Positions 41,043-56,075 of a DNA stretch of 64,000 nucleotides are shown here, piece by piece; position 1 is the first letter of the stretch; each line of letters starts with the position of its first letter. Source of the DNA: Eledone cirrhosa (Eukaryota); contig CAXHJY010001494.1 in NCBI GenBank assembly GCA_964016885.1, forward strand, positions 1-64,000, given 5' to 3'. Below the pieces are notes generated by a model that made no database searches, was not told the origin of the DNA, and was given only the letters and a program-made list of their open reading frames with translations. The position numbers and the translations under genes were made by a program.

Positions 41043-41074
<32 letters not shown>

Positions 41075-41244
41075 AATACATATATATACATATATATAAA
41101 CATATATATATATGCATATATATATACATATATATATATATAGACAGAAACACACACACAAGTATATATAAAGGGTATCCCAAAAATTGTATACACATAT
41201 TTATTAGAATGCTGTTGAAGTGTGTATACAATTTTTGGGATTCC

Positions 41245-41302
<58 letters not shown>

Positions 41303-41820
41303 GCGTGTGTATGTGTTTGTGTGTGTGTTCATATATATATATATATGAATATATATAAATATATATATATGTATATACACATATACATTCATATCTATAT
41401 GACTATATATGTGCGTGTGTTCATATATATATATAAATATATATACATATATATATATATTCATCTTTATATATATATATACAGTGTATACATATATATG
41501 TGTGTGTATATTCATATAATATATATATATATATATAAATATATATATATATGTATGTATAAAGGAAAAGTGATAATATCCACAGAACTATACACACACG
41601 CACACACAGACACACACACAAACACACAAACACACACACACGGACACTACTACAGTGTAATGACAGTCAGTATTTCATGTGTGACCAAGAAGAACAAGGA
41701 GAATATTTACCCAAGGTAAACAAGACACGTATGAAATGATGGAATTATAGATTTATAGGAGCTACTGGGAATTGGGTATTGTTTAGGAACCATTGCTGTA
41801 GCAATAGTACACGTCAAACA

Positions 41821-41871
<51 letters not shown>

Positions 41872-41891
41872 GTATATCTATCTATCTATAT

Positions 41892-42082
41892 ATAGGAAAA
41901 TGTTTGATCCCGACGGCAGAGCTCAAGCCGTTTCGACGGCTATTTCTCGACAGAAATAGCCGTCGAAACGGCTTGAGCTCTGACGTCGTGGGTCAAACAT
42001 TTTCCTATTACCCACTCTACTGCCCTAAGTATTGAGTACTCTGGTGCGTACGGTCCATCTGGTTCCTTACCACGCCTCCTTC

Positions 42083-42085
<3 letters not shown>
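41892..42085 (+). mobile_element. Fold-back hairpin plus tail element, family P1; copies at about 16725-16842, 28405-28595, 43653-43790, 45445-45510, 54277-54400
   Basis: About 55-bp inverted arms TAGGAAAATGTTTGA..CGACGG..GAGCTC..GCCGTTTCGAC; right arm continues into an unpaired ~75-bp tail. Confidence 0.7.
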
Positions 42086-42159
<74 letters not shown>

Positions 42160-42185
42160 CTCTCTCTCTCTATCTCTCTCTCTAC

Positions 42186-42290
<105 letters not shown>

Positions 42291-42381
42291 TATATAGTTA
42301 GATACAGGCTGTCCCAAAAAATGAATACACACATTGATTCAGAATGCTGTTGAAGCCCGTATGCGTTTTTGGGACACCCTG

Positions 42382-42458
<77 letters not shown>

Positions 42459-42607
42459 GTGTGTGTGGTTACGCGTGTGTGTGTGTATATATATATATAT
42501 ATTTGTTACCTGAATGACTCAGAGGCCAACAGTCCCTGACACTTTTTCCATTCATTTACCAATGTACTTTTTCCAGTGGTACTCACACTCACACATACAT
42601 AAAGTAC

Positions 42608-42690
<83 letters not shown>

Positions 42691-42744
42691 AATATATATA
42701 TATACATATACATATTCATATATATATACATATACATATACATA

Positions 42745-42782
<38 letters not shown>

Positions 42783-42789
42783 CATATTC

Positions 42790-42820
<31 letters not shown>

Positions 42821-42827
42821 CATATTC

Positions 42828-42858
<31 letters not shown>

Positions 42859-42869
42859 CATATTCATAT

Positions 42870-42900
<31 letters not shown>

Positions 42901-42904
42901 CATA

Positions 42905-42965
<61 letters not shown>

Positions 42966-43204
42966 GTATGTGTGTGTGTGTGTGTGCGCGCGCGCAGTAT
43001 GCTGTTGGTACATTAATAGTTCCGAGATAATACCAAATACCCGGTAGCTCGACACACATACACACACACACATATATATATATATTCACACACACACACA
43101 CACACACATACATTGATACATACACGCAAACACTCATGCACACATTTTTATATAATTGAATTTAGGCATGTCTATATATATATATACATATATATAAATA
43201 TATA

Positions 43205-43246
<42 letters not shown>

Positions 43247-43308
43247 TATACCTATATATATATATTTATATATATGTATATATATATATATATAGGTATA
43301 TATTTATA

Positions 43309-43381
<73 letters not shown>

Positions 43382-43619
43382 TATGATATTAAATAAATGG
43401 AAACTATATTTATAAAACCCTATTTATTCTATTATATATATTTCAAGGGTACAAAAATGTTATACGTTCTCATCAGATAAAATACAAAGTTTTTTTTTAT
43501 AAATATAGGATAACCAAGGATAATATCGTTGACGGCTGAAGGTATCCCTGGTTGCTCTGACTCGGTTATAAACATTTATATTTGTTGAATTACCAACAAA
43601 TTGAATATCCCTTCTGCTT

Positions 43620-43654
<35 letters not shown>

Positions 43655-43786
43655 GGAACGAGTAGGACCCCGACGGCTGAGCTCAAGCCGTTTCAACGGC
43701 TAATTCAGTCCAGAATTAGTCGTCGAAACGGCTTGAGCTCAGCCGTCGGGGTCCTACTCGATCTGATTCCTTACCACATTTCCTTC

Positions 43787-43854
<68 letters not shown>

Positions 43855-44148
43855 TGTGTGTGAGTATGTGTGTGTGTGTGCATCGGGAGCGAGAGAAAGG
43901 CAGGAAGATAGATATATGTAACTCTATGTATATATATATATGTGTGTGTGTGTGTGTAAAGTATATAGATATAGATATACATATATATATATATATATAT
44001 AGAAGAGAGAGAGAGAGCGAGAGAAAGAGAGAGTGCGACACAAAGATAGATAGATAGATCTAACTGTATATATAATATATATATATATATATATGTATAC
44101 GTAGAGAGATAGAGAGAGTGCGACACAAAGATAGATAGATAGATCTAA

Positions 44149-44184
<36 letters not shown>

Positions 44185-45411
44185 ACGTAGAGAGATAGAG
44201 AGAGTGCGACACAAAGATAGATAGATAGATCTAACTGTATATATATATATATATATATATGTATACGTGTGTGTTACAGCGGCTGACGAAATGCCATGTG
44301 TTATATATGACGGCAAGTTTTGCCTTGAGTTCAATCCCCGTTCTGTCCAGCTTTGCCTTTCACCCCTACTGTTTCCTTAGAATGGGTTTCGGATTTAGGC
44401 ACAAGGCCAACAATTTGGTGGAGGGGCAAAGTCGATCAAATCGACCCCAGCACATGACTGGTACTTTATTTTATCGATCCTGTAAGGATGAAAGGCATAG
44501 CTAACCTCGGCGGGATTTGAACTCTGAACGTAAAGGGCCGCAACTCTATGCTGCAAAACATGGTGTCTGACCCTCTATCTGCCAATCCACCGCCCTTAAC
44601 AATAATGGTTTCTACTTTTTGGCACAAGGCCAGCAATCATACCAGTGTATTACTGGTACTTCATTTTATCGACCCCGTAAGAATGAAATGACAAATTCTA
44701 ACTTCGGCAGGATTTGAACTCAGATTGTAAAGGGCCGTAACTCTATTCCATAAAGCATGTTTTCCGACGCGCCTCTGATTCTGCTAATCCATCAAAATAA
44801 TATAGAATACTAGCCGTTGCCGGTGGTTTGGCGGGATGTTTTTCTTTAGACATGGTACCTTGCGGTATTTGTTATGGGTATTTGCGTTTTGTGAATATAT
44901 ACCTCTCTCCACACACACATACACACATACATAGCCGCGCATACACATACATACAAGGATACACACACTAAAATATAGACATACACATACTTGCATGTAT
45001 AGAAACCGGCATACACACACACGCCGTTACACATAGGCATACACAAACACACACGCACATAGAAAGAAACAAATACACACACATATATTCACATACATAT
45101 AGGCACATATACGCATATGCACAGGAACCGACTCACACACACAAGCCCATGTATACACAAACACACATATACATACATATATAGGCACATAAGATATTCA
45201 CGGAAACCGATACACACACACACACACACATACACATACACACACATACACACACACGCACAGAGCGAGCAAAATTTTCACACATATACATATATAGGCA
45301 CATAAGATATTCACGGAAACCGATACACACACACATACACACACACACATACACACACACATACACGCACACACACATACACGCACACACACATACACGC
45401 ACACACACGCA

Positions 45412-45448
<37 letters not shown>

Positions 45449-45515
45449 CGAAGGAAATGTGGTAAGGAACCAGATGGACCATAACGCACCAAAGCACTCA
45501 ATACTTAGGGTACAT

Positions 45516-45581
<66 letters not shown>

Positions 45582-47550
45582 ACACACAGAAATTCACATA
45601 TGGGACATCGAAGTAGCTTGACCTGTTAAAACTAGCAGCCAATTAAAAAATTACATGTTACCGTTAGAAGAAAAAAGATAACTTACATAATTTGATCCTG
45701 GGTTGAGTTATGTCCCGGGGGTAAAAAAAAACAAAAAGCTGGGTTTGTCCCGGCTAGAACGCTTTTCCTCATGTCTGTTGTATGATAAGAACTGACTATC
45801 TCTGGGGGCCAACAATTTCAACACATACACCCACACAAACTCACTTATAATACCCCTATATATGTGTATATGTGTGTGTATGTATGTGTGTGTGTGTGTA
45901 TGTAAGTGTGTGTGTGTGTGTGCACATATATACATATATACATATGCACATATGCATATATATATATGTATGTGCACGTGTGTGCGTGTGTGCGTGCATA
46001 TGTATATATATGTATATATATATGTATATATATATGTATATATATATATGTACATATATATGTATATATATATATATATATATACATACATGTATACATT
46101 GTCCTAAACATTTATATACACTTCAACAGCATTCTAATAAATATTGCCTGTACAGGTAATCAAAGTATGTATACATTTTTGGGGGACACCCTGTATGTGT
46201 ATATATACACTATATATATACACATAGCCATATATACACACACTCTATATATACTCTCTACACATATACACTCTACACATATACACACACACTATATATA
46301 TATACACACTACATATATACACACTATATATATACATATACACTCTACATATACACACACTATATATATACACTATATATACATACACTATCTATATATA
46401 TATATACACTATATATACATACACTATATATATATATACACTATATATATATATACACTATATACATATATACACTCTACTTATACACACACACTATATA
46501 TATATATATATATGCACTATATATATATATACATACACTATATATACATACAAATACATTTAAAGATAAACGTGTCAAAAGAAAAAAAAAGAGGGGTGTC
46601 TTATTTTTTTTATATTTAGGGCTTCATGTTTATATATTTATTTTAGGGGTTAGGGGCTTATTTTATTGTTGTTACCCTTATGTTTGTTGCTGTTGTTGTT
46701 GTTGTTGTTGCTGTTGTAGTAAATCTTGCTGTTATTGTTGTTGTTGTTGTTGTTGTTGCTGTCGCTGTTATTGTTGTAGTTGTTGTTGTTGCTGTTGTAG
46801 TAAATCTTGCTATAGCTGTTGCTGTTATTGTTGTTCTTGTTGCTGTTATTGTTGTTCTTGTTGCTGTTATTGTTGTTCTTGTTGCTGTTATTGTTGTAGT
46901 TGTTGCTGTCGTTGTTGTTATTTATGTTGTCGTTGTTGTTTTTGTAACTGTTGTTGTTGTTTTTGCTGTTGTTGTTGTTGCATTGCTGCTGTTTTTGCTG
47001 TTTTTGTTGCTGCTGTTGTTGTTTTTGCTGTTATTGTTGTAACTCTTGTTGTTGTAACTGTTGTTGTTGTTTTTGCTGTTGTTGTTGTTTTTGCTGTTGT
47101 TGTAACTGTTGTTGTTGTAACTGTTGTTGTTATCGTTTATTTATTTTTCAAAATATAGGAGGGGCCAGTAAGATAGGAAGGAAATGGGTGGGGAGAAACT
47201 AAACAAAGTTTATTTAACCAAGGATCGTTTAAATATTCACCCCCTCTCCCCTCCCCCTCTCTCTCTCTCTCTATCTCTCTATCTATCTATCTATTTCTCT
47301 CACTCTTTATCTCTTTATCTCCCTCCCTTTCACACACACACACACACTCATTCATTCTATTATGCATATCTATCTTTCTGTCTATTTATCTATGTATGCA
47401 TGGATATATCTATCTATCTACCTATGTATCTGTCTGTTGGTCTATCTATCTACCTCTCTCTGTCTGCCAGTGTCTATCTATCTATCTGTCTATCTATCTA
47501 TCTACCTCTGTCTCTCTGCCAGTGTCTATCTATCTATCTATCTATCTATC

Positions 47551-47864
47551 TACCCCAGCAAGTTTTATGAAGGGTGGGTGAAAGTGGCGAGAATGGCCCG
47601 AGTGAATGGGCCTTCTCTCTATATCAGCCTGTAGGTTGAGGAAAAGGAGGAGGAGAGGAAGGGAGTACAAACTCTTCGTACTCCTGGAGATGAGGGTTGC
47701 ACATTTTTTCGGGGGTATGTGTTACCCATATGAACTGTCTCCCTCTATTGGGGAAAATCGACTAATTTTTTAAATTGCATTTGTGATAATATTTTACACG
47801 TTTTTATTGTATGTAAACTTCCCCCTTTGTATTTGTCCCCTTCTTTTGTGCCCCTGTGGCTAAT
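47551..47864 (+). mobile_element. Tx1-like subfamily B, 3' fragment
   Basis: [27 protein letters not shown] plus 3'UTR, after (TCTA)n. Confidence 0.92.
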
Positions 47865-47887
47865 CTACCTCTGTCTGTCTGCCAGTG

Positions 47888-47917
<30 letters not shown>

Positions 47918-47923
<6 letters not shown>

Positions 47924-48036
47924 ATTTTATTTTTATATTTTGTTATTGCCTCCTCCTTATTGAGGACGCCTTTTTGTGTAAACTCCCCCCTTTGTACTTG
48001 TCCCACTTTTGATGCCCTAGTGGCAAATAAAAGAAA
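47918..48036 (+). mobile_element. Tx1-like subfamily A, terminal ~120 bp of 3'UTR
   Basis: Matches 33606-33724; (TCTA)n on both sides. Confidence 0.9.
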
Positions 48037-48093
48037 CATATCTATCTATCTATCTATCTATCTATCTACCTACCTAAGTATCTTTTTTTAAGT

Positions 48094-48170
48094 ACATTTT
48101 TTCGGGGTGTGTACAACCCCTGTGTAACGCCTCCCCCCATTGGGGATTTCAATTGTTATTTGTTATTTTG
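48094..48170 (+). mobile_element. Tx1-like subfamily C-like 3'UTR fragment
   Basis: CGGGGTGTGTACAACCCC..CCCCCCATTGGGGATTTCAATTGTTATT resembles 55183-55250. Confidence 0.65.
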
Positions 48171-48734
48171 TTAATTGGCAGTATCGGTAGAGAGTCGGAC
48201 GCCATGCTTTCTAGCATAGTTATGTCCCTTTACGATCTGAGTTCAAATCCCGCCGAGGTTGACTTTGCCTTTCATCCTTACGGGGGTCGATAAAATAAAG
48301 TACCAGTAATGCACTGGGTTATTGCTGGCCTTGTGCCTAAAGTAGAAACAGTTATTTTACTAGTGATGCTAGTAGTGGTAGTGGTCTTACTAGCGATGAC
48401 CATGGTGGTTATTGGTGTTGATGGTGATGATGATTGTTGTATTGTTGATGATGGCGATGATGGTGGTTGTGGTGGGGGGGGGGGGGGTAATAGTACTATT
48501 ATTATTATTATTAGTAGTGCTAGTAGTAGTAGTAATATTAGTGGTGGAAAGTAAAATAGTTTATAGTGGTAGTGATGAGAAGGAAGATGACGTATGGGGT
48601 AGAGGTGGTGGAGGATGAGAAGGTGGCAGAGGAGGGCCTGCCACCCTTATTATACCACATATACACCAGCCTCCCACTACCACCCACTCACTACCCCCTT
48701 CTAATTGAATGTGTAAATAAAGATTGTCTGTCCT

Positions 48735-51700
48735 GCACCATCACCTCCATCTCCTCCACCATCACCACCACCTATGCCATCACCACACCATCTACATCAT
48801 CAACACCGCCGCCACCATCAACACTATCAGCACCATTACAACACCACCGCCGCCACCACCACCATATTATTACACCATCAACAACACGCCCCCCCCCCCA
48901 ACCACCACTACCACAATACCATCACCACCACTACCACCAACAAAACCACCACCTCCACCACATTACCATTACATCACCAGTATTAAGCTACCGCCACATC
49001 CCCCACCACAACCATTACACAATCACCACCACCACCACCATCATTATTACACCATCATCAACACCACCACCACCTCAACGATACCACCACCACCATTACA
49101 CCACCACCACTATCACCACCACCATTACACCATCTCCTTCACAACACCACCACCATACCACTACCACCTCCACAACACCACCACCATACCACTACCACCT
49201 CCACAACACCACCATTACACCACCACCATCACGACACCTCCCCACACCACGACACCTCCCCACACCACCAACACCACCACCACACCACCACTACACCACC
49301 TCTACAACACCACCACCACCACTACCATTACACCATCTACCCCCTTCAAACCTTTCTCAGCCACCTCACTGCCACCCAGTTATCCCAACTCCACCCAGAA
49401 TGGTGAAGAAAAGTGGTGCGGCGGCCGAGCAGGCTCCGGGTTTCTCCCACTAGGGGGCGTGCGTCAATTACCGTCGCCGCCGCCGCTACTCCTTTATATA
49501 TCACCACCACCACCACCACTAATATTCATTGCCACTGCCACTATATCACAACTGCCACGACACCACCACCACCAACAACAACAACACAGTCATCTCCACC
49601 ACCACCACAGTCACCACTACCACCACCACCAGTCATCTCCACCATCAACACCACCACCACCACCACCACTACCACCACTACCACCACTACCAGTCATCTC
49701 CACCATCAACACCACCACCACCACCACAGTCACCACTACCACCACCACCACCACTTACATCAGCATCATCATCACCACAACCATCAACAACACCACTACC
49801 ACCAACAACATCACCATCATCACCACCCACCACCACTACTACTGTCACCACCACCACCACCACCAATATATATATAAATTCATCATCATCATCATCATTA
49901 GCACTAGCACAGTTACCACCACCACCGCCACCACCACCACCACAATCACCTGCACTACTACCACCAACACCACTACCACCACCACCATCACCACCACGAC
50001 AATCACCTGCACTACTACCACCAACACCACTACCACCACCATCACCACCACCACCATCAACACCACCACCATCACCACCACGACAATCACCTGCACTACT
50101 ACCACCAACACCACTACTACCACCACCATCACCACCACTACTACCACCACCATCAACACCACCACCACCAACACCACTACCACCACCACCACCACCACCA
50201 CCACCATCATCACCACAATCACCTGCACTACTACCATCACCACCACCATCACCACCACAACAACAACAACATCCACCACCATCATCACAATAACCACCAC
50301 CACTGTCGCCAACGCCGTCCTCATCCAGGCGTTATCACCAACAAAACCAGCTACCCTCAACTCCACCTTCCACTCCAGCCTCCAACAAGCCCCTCCTCCC
50401 GTCCTTTCTCACTCCTCTTGCTGCCATCATTCTCCGATACTACCTCCCCCACTACACTTCACTCCACTTCACATCACCTCACTCTACTCCACTCTACTCC
50501 ACTCCATCTCAATCTACTCCACTCCACACTGTCACTCAGAAACTGGCTCTCACTCTTACTGACACCACCACCATCGCTTACAGCCGCACTAACTACTACA
50601 ACCAACACCACCTCTACGAACGCCACCACCACCACTAACGCCACCACCACCACCACCTCTACTAACGCCACCACCACCACCACTTCTACTAACGCCACCA
50701 CCACCACCACCTCTACTAACTCCACCACCACCACCACTTCTACTAACGCCACCACCACCACCACCTCTACTAACGCCACCACCACCACCACCTCTACTAA
50801 CGCCACGACCACCATCACCTATACTAACGCCACCACCACCACCTCTACTAACGCCACCCCCACCACTAACGCCACGACCACCATCACCTATACTAACGCC
50901 ACCACCACCTCTACTAACGCCACCACCACCTCTACTAACGCCACCACCACCACCACTATCGCTGACACCCTCACCAACTACTACAACCAGCACCACCTCT
51001 ACTAACGCCACGACCACCACCACCACTTCTACTAACGCCACCACCACCACCACCACCACCACTATCGCTGACACCCTCACCAACTATACCCAACACCACC
51101 ACCATCACCACTACTGGCCCCTAACCCTAACCCTGACCCTCACCAGCTATTGGAACGACGACCACTTCTACTACCACCTCTACGACAACTCTGAAGCTCC
51201 CCACCACCACCACCATCACCATTATCGCTAACTATCCGTACTATCACCACCACCACCACCACTCAACTACTACAGCCAGCACCACCACTACCACCATCAT
51301 TGACATCCTTAACTACTACCACCACCACCACTACCACAACCCGACCACCCTCACCACCACCACCACCACCACCACCATTACCACAACCCGACCACACTCA
51401 CCACCACCACCACCATCAACACTACCATCGCTGACACCCTTAACTACTACTACCACCACCACTACCACAACCCGACCACCCTCACCACCACCACCACCAT
51501 CAACATTACCATCGCTGACACCCTTAACTACTATTACCACCACCACTACCACAACCCGACCACCCTCACCACCACCACCACCATCAACATTACCATCGCT
51601 GACACCCTTAACTACCACCACCACCACCACCACAACCCTCACCAGCTCTCACCGACCACCACCACCACTACCATCACCACCACCCTCACCACCACCACTA

Positions 51701-51960
51701 CCATCACCACCACCCTCACCACCACCACCACCCTCACCAACACCACCACTACCACCCCACCACCACCACAACCCTCACCACTAATTCCGCTTACCCACCT
51801 TTTTTCACTAACTCCACCACCACTACAACAACCTTCACCACCACCACCACCACAATCGCTGACACCCTCAACAACCGCCGCCACCACCACCCTCACCACC
51901 ACCCTCATCACTAATCTCTCTTACCCACCTTTCTTCACTAACCCCCACCCTCACCACCAC
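48735..51960. repeat. 3.2-kb degenerate (ACC)n/(GGT)n tract with internal higher-order units
   Basis: Direct reading; e.g. CTCTACTAACGCCACCACCACCAC units at 50610-51050. Confidence 0.95.
49447..49459 (+). promoter_or_regulatory. CTCF-like core motif CCACTAGGGGGCG in a CpG-rich island
   Basis: Close match to the CCAC(C/T)AG(A/G)GGGCG consensus; single motif, no functional data. Confidence 0.4.
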
Positions 51961-53379
51961 CCACACTCTACTATCACTGCAACAATTATCGTCCTGTGCC
52001 TCCCCATCCCCACTCTCTCTCTCTATCCCCCTCTCTTTCGTCCCTCATTCTCCCTCCTCTGCCCTGCCCCCTTCTTCCTTCGCCCCGCCTCACCCTCCCA
52101 CCTCTACCACTTACTTCTTCAATCCTTAATCCTCATCCTTCTACTCACCCCCCACCTACACATCACCTCCATCTCCCCCTCTGTCTCTCTCTCTCTCTCT
52201 ACATACACACATATACATCGTATATATACATATACACATATACTATATTATACGCAAACTCATATAATATATACATATTTAAACACACACACACACACAC
52301 ATATATATATTTATATATATTTACACAACACAACCTTATATATACATTCAAACAGATATATATATATATATATACACACACACTCAAGCACACATATATC
52401 ATATATACACACACATATATATATATATATACACACCACACCACCCCACACATACCCCACATACACCCCACACACATCCCTCACACACCTCACATCACAC
52501 CACAGTCACATACATACACCACATACACACACATACAGAAACATATATATACATATACATACACACACACACTCATATATATATATATATAAGACGGTGC
52601 GCTTATCCGCTGACTGGACTCACTTCTTGCTGGATTCGCTAAGGGACGGACGTACAGAGACACAGCTCCTTCCTTCCTTTTTTTCCCTCTTTTCTTCCTT
52701 TCTTCCTTCCTTCCCTTGGATTAGTTTCCTTATTCTTCGTTTGACATCTCTTTCCTCTCTCTCCCGGGACAAAATATATACACTCATATATATATATATA
52801 CACACACACACGCATCTTCGTCGTCGTTTTAACGTACGCTTTTCCTTCTAGCAATATATATAATATATATTATATATATATATATATAATATATAATATA
52901 TATATATATATATTATATTATATTATATATATATATATTATATCTAAGGTATATATTCGTCACTGAACGAACAATCAACTTTCTCCGCGCCACACTTTTA
53001 TATATATATATATATATACATATATATACATATATAAAGGACGAAGCATTAGATTTTCATTGCATTTGGTAAACCTACAGTAACTGGACGTTACTTTCCC
53101 TAAACATTTATATATATATGCGGGAAGTTTTATTTTTTGCGGAAAACCAGCTGAAAAACTCTATTAGGTTGTTTTTTTTAAACATTATATTATATATATA
53201 TGATTTTAATACCTGGATCTTTGCTTTCATATATTATCATACAATTCCGTTGAGGACGGCTGTATATCCAGGCTGGTCTGTCTATCTTGCTATATATTTC
53301 TTTATCTAAGCTGTCTCTATACTATTATCTAACTTGCCTATATACCTATCTTTCTATTTAACTAATTAGCTAGCTTACC

Positions 53380-53435
<56 letters not shown>

Positions 53436-53522
53436 TTTATCTAATCAGCTATATATCAAACTACCTAAGCTACCTGTCTAATAATTTGATTAATTTTCTA
53501 GCTAACTTAACTACTTAGCTAC

Positions 53523-53553
<31 letters not shown>

Positions 53554-54699
53554 TCTATATGTCCATCTATCTATCGACCCTCAACAAGATCGATTACTTC
53601 ACATAAGCACAGACGTGGAAGAAAAAGGATTTTTCCACCAACACCGCCAGAAATTAAAAATTTCAACAAATATAATTTTATCGAGAAATTTTTCAAATCA
53701 GAAATTTCACATTGATGAAGGAAAACTTTCTTTAAAAAAAAAAGGAAAAAAAAAAGGGAAAGAAAAAGGGAAAGAAAAAGGGGCGAAAATCCCAGCCGTT
53801 CTCTCCACCTTAAGAAAAAAGGGCCCAACTTACTTTTAATGTACCGAAATTTGGAGCATTGTAAAGGATATTTATTCTTCCACGATGTGGTACCGACTCC
53901 CTTGGTAAGTAACCAACACACCCTTTGTTTAAACCCTTTATTTTTAATCACACATTTTGGTAGTGTCGTTAGAACGTCAGAATCTGCTCCTTTCTGAGTT
54001 CAAATCCCGCTGAGTTCATCCATTCGAGGTCGTGTTAAAAATGTACCAGTTTAGTACTGGGCTCGATTCTTCCTCTATTATACAGAGTGTCCCCAAAAAA
54101 TGTATACACACTTCAACAGCATTCTAATCAAATTGTGTATACATCTTTTGGGGGACACCCTCTGTCTCTTCTTGCTATATCAAGCGTTAACCTCATATAT
54201 CCCTTCGATATTCTGTACCGATTGTGTTGTTATTTCTGTTTACCTTGTACATACACACACACACATATATATATATAGGAAAATAATCAGGACCCCGACG
54301 GTTGAGCTCCGGCCGTTTCGTCAGCTAGATCCGAACTCTACTACCCTAAGTATCGAGTAATCTGGTGCTTTATGGTCCACCTGGTTCCTTACCACACTTT
54401 GTTATATATATATATAGGGCAGTGGATTGGCAGTATCGGTAGAGGGTCGGACGCCATGCTTTGACGCATAGTTACAGCCCTTGCCATTCTGAGTTCAAAT
54501 CCCGCCAAGGTTAACTTTGCCTTTCATCCTTATGGGGTCGATAAAATAATGTACCAGTAATACACTGGGTAATTGCTGGCCTTGTGCCAAAAAAGTAGAA
54601 ACAGTTATATATATATATATATTTATATATACTCTGGTGCGTTATGGTCCACTGGTTCCTTACTACACCTTCTATATATGAGAGAGAGAGAGAGAGAGA

Positions 54700-54860
54700 G
54701 AAAAGCTTCTACAGGACTAGAATTGTTTCAATCGTGATAAATCATCAGGAATGAAACAGTTCTAGTCCTGTAGAAGCTTTTCTATATTAAAACATTTAAA
54801 CCCTGCTATGTATTGAGTACCTTACTTACTGTGGTTACCCCCGATTCAACCCAGAATAAC
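54700..54860 (+). mobile_element. Fold-back hairpin plus tail element, family P2; copies at about 1262-1320, 4190-4242, 11090-11210, 20560-20742(-), 55810-55965(-), 62240-62330
   Basis: Arms GCTTCTACAGGACTAGAACTGTTTCA; variable centre; tail ..CTGCTATGTATTGAGTACCTTACTTACTGTGGTT.. Confidence 0.7.
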
Positions 54861-54926
54861 TTATATATATATATATATATATAAATCACACCCCTGTCTA
54901 TCAATCTCTCTCTCTATCTATCTATC

Positions 54927-55363
54927 GAGGGCAAACACCTTTCTCTCCGGACAACAACTTATCCCCTTCTTTAAGTATCACTTCAGAAGGAAGGTGAGAG
55001 TGGAGAGAGAGGTGCTACACCCCCAGTAAATTCGCTGAAAGGTGGGTGAATGTGGCGAAAATGGCCCGAGTGAATGGGCCTTCTCTGTATATCTAAACCT
55101 GTAGGGTGGGGAAGATAAACAGAGGGAAGACAAACGGGAACACCTACAAAACGTGTTCCTGGTGTTGAGGGTTGTTCTATCCACGGGGTGTAAAACAACC
55201 CTGCAGTAACGTCCTCCGTCCCCCTATTGGGGATTTCAATTGTTATTTTATTATATATAGTTTATTGTTATTTATTAATGTTAAAGTTATTTTTATGTAA
55301 AACCCCCCGCCGTCACGTCTTGTAATGTCCCATTTTTGTACGCCCCTGTGGCAAATAAAGAAA
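54927..55363 (+). mobile_element. Tx1-like subfamily C, 3' fragment (frameshifted)
   Basis: TFLSGQQLIPFFKYHFRRKVRVEREVLH..; ends GCAAATAAAGAAA; flanks CTATCTATCTATC and GATATCTATTTATCT. Confidence 0.88.
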
Positions 55364-55744
55364 GATATCTATTTATCTGTATGTGTCTGCCTGTGACTCT
55401 CTTCTCTCAATGCAACATTTTTGTCAGAGTCGTTAGAACGTCTTCGCAGTATTCTTCCCTGCCATCTGGTTTCTCAGTTCAAATCCCGCTCAGCTCAACT
55501 TTGCTTATCCTCCATCCCAGATCGATAAAAAAACAAAAAGTACCAGCCTCCCCTTATATCTCTTTCTCTCTATTCCTTTCTCTCCTCTTTCTCTCTCTAT
55601 CCTTCTTCTCTGGAAGAAGTCTGCTGTACCCACACTGGAGAGGGGCTTGGCTGGGGCTCTGCCAGGTTTTTTAAATGCCCAAAATACACCTTAAGTCAAT
55701 GTGGTGCCCTTACGACTCCCTCGGGAGTGTCAACCCATACCATA

Positions 55745-55804
<60 letters not shown>

Positions 55805-55999
55805 GTTGGTCCCGGGTTGAGTCGGGGATAACCACAGTAAGTAAGGTACTCAATATATGGCAGAGTAAAATTTTTTTATTTTATAGAAGGAGCTTCTACA
55901 GGACTAGTACTGTTTCATTTCATCTGAATGAAACAGTACTAGTCCTGTAGAAACTCCTTCTATAAAATAAAATAAAAAATATATATATATATTATATAC

Positions 56000-56060
<61 letters not shown>

Positions 56061-56075
56061 TATCTATCTATCTAT

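Noticed and set aside
51118-51142. Interstitial telomeric repeat (CCCTAA)
   Set aside because: Only about two perfect units inside a C/A-rich tract
48566-51911. Mucin-like or His/Pro/Thr-rich ORFs up to 612 aa
   Set aside because: (ACC)n low complexity is open in several frames on both strands; no recognisable domain or coherent frame
53575-53840. Another Tx1 piece after (TCTA)n
   Set aside because: No detectable similarity to the full-length element; homopolymer-rich and possibly low-quality sequence
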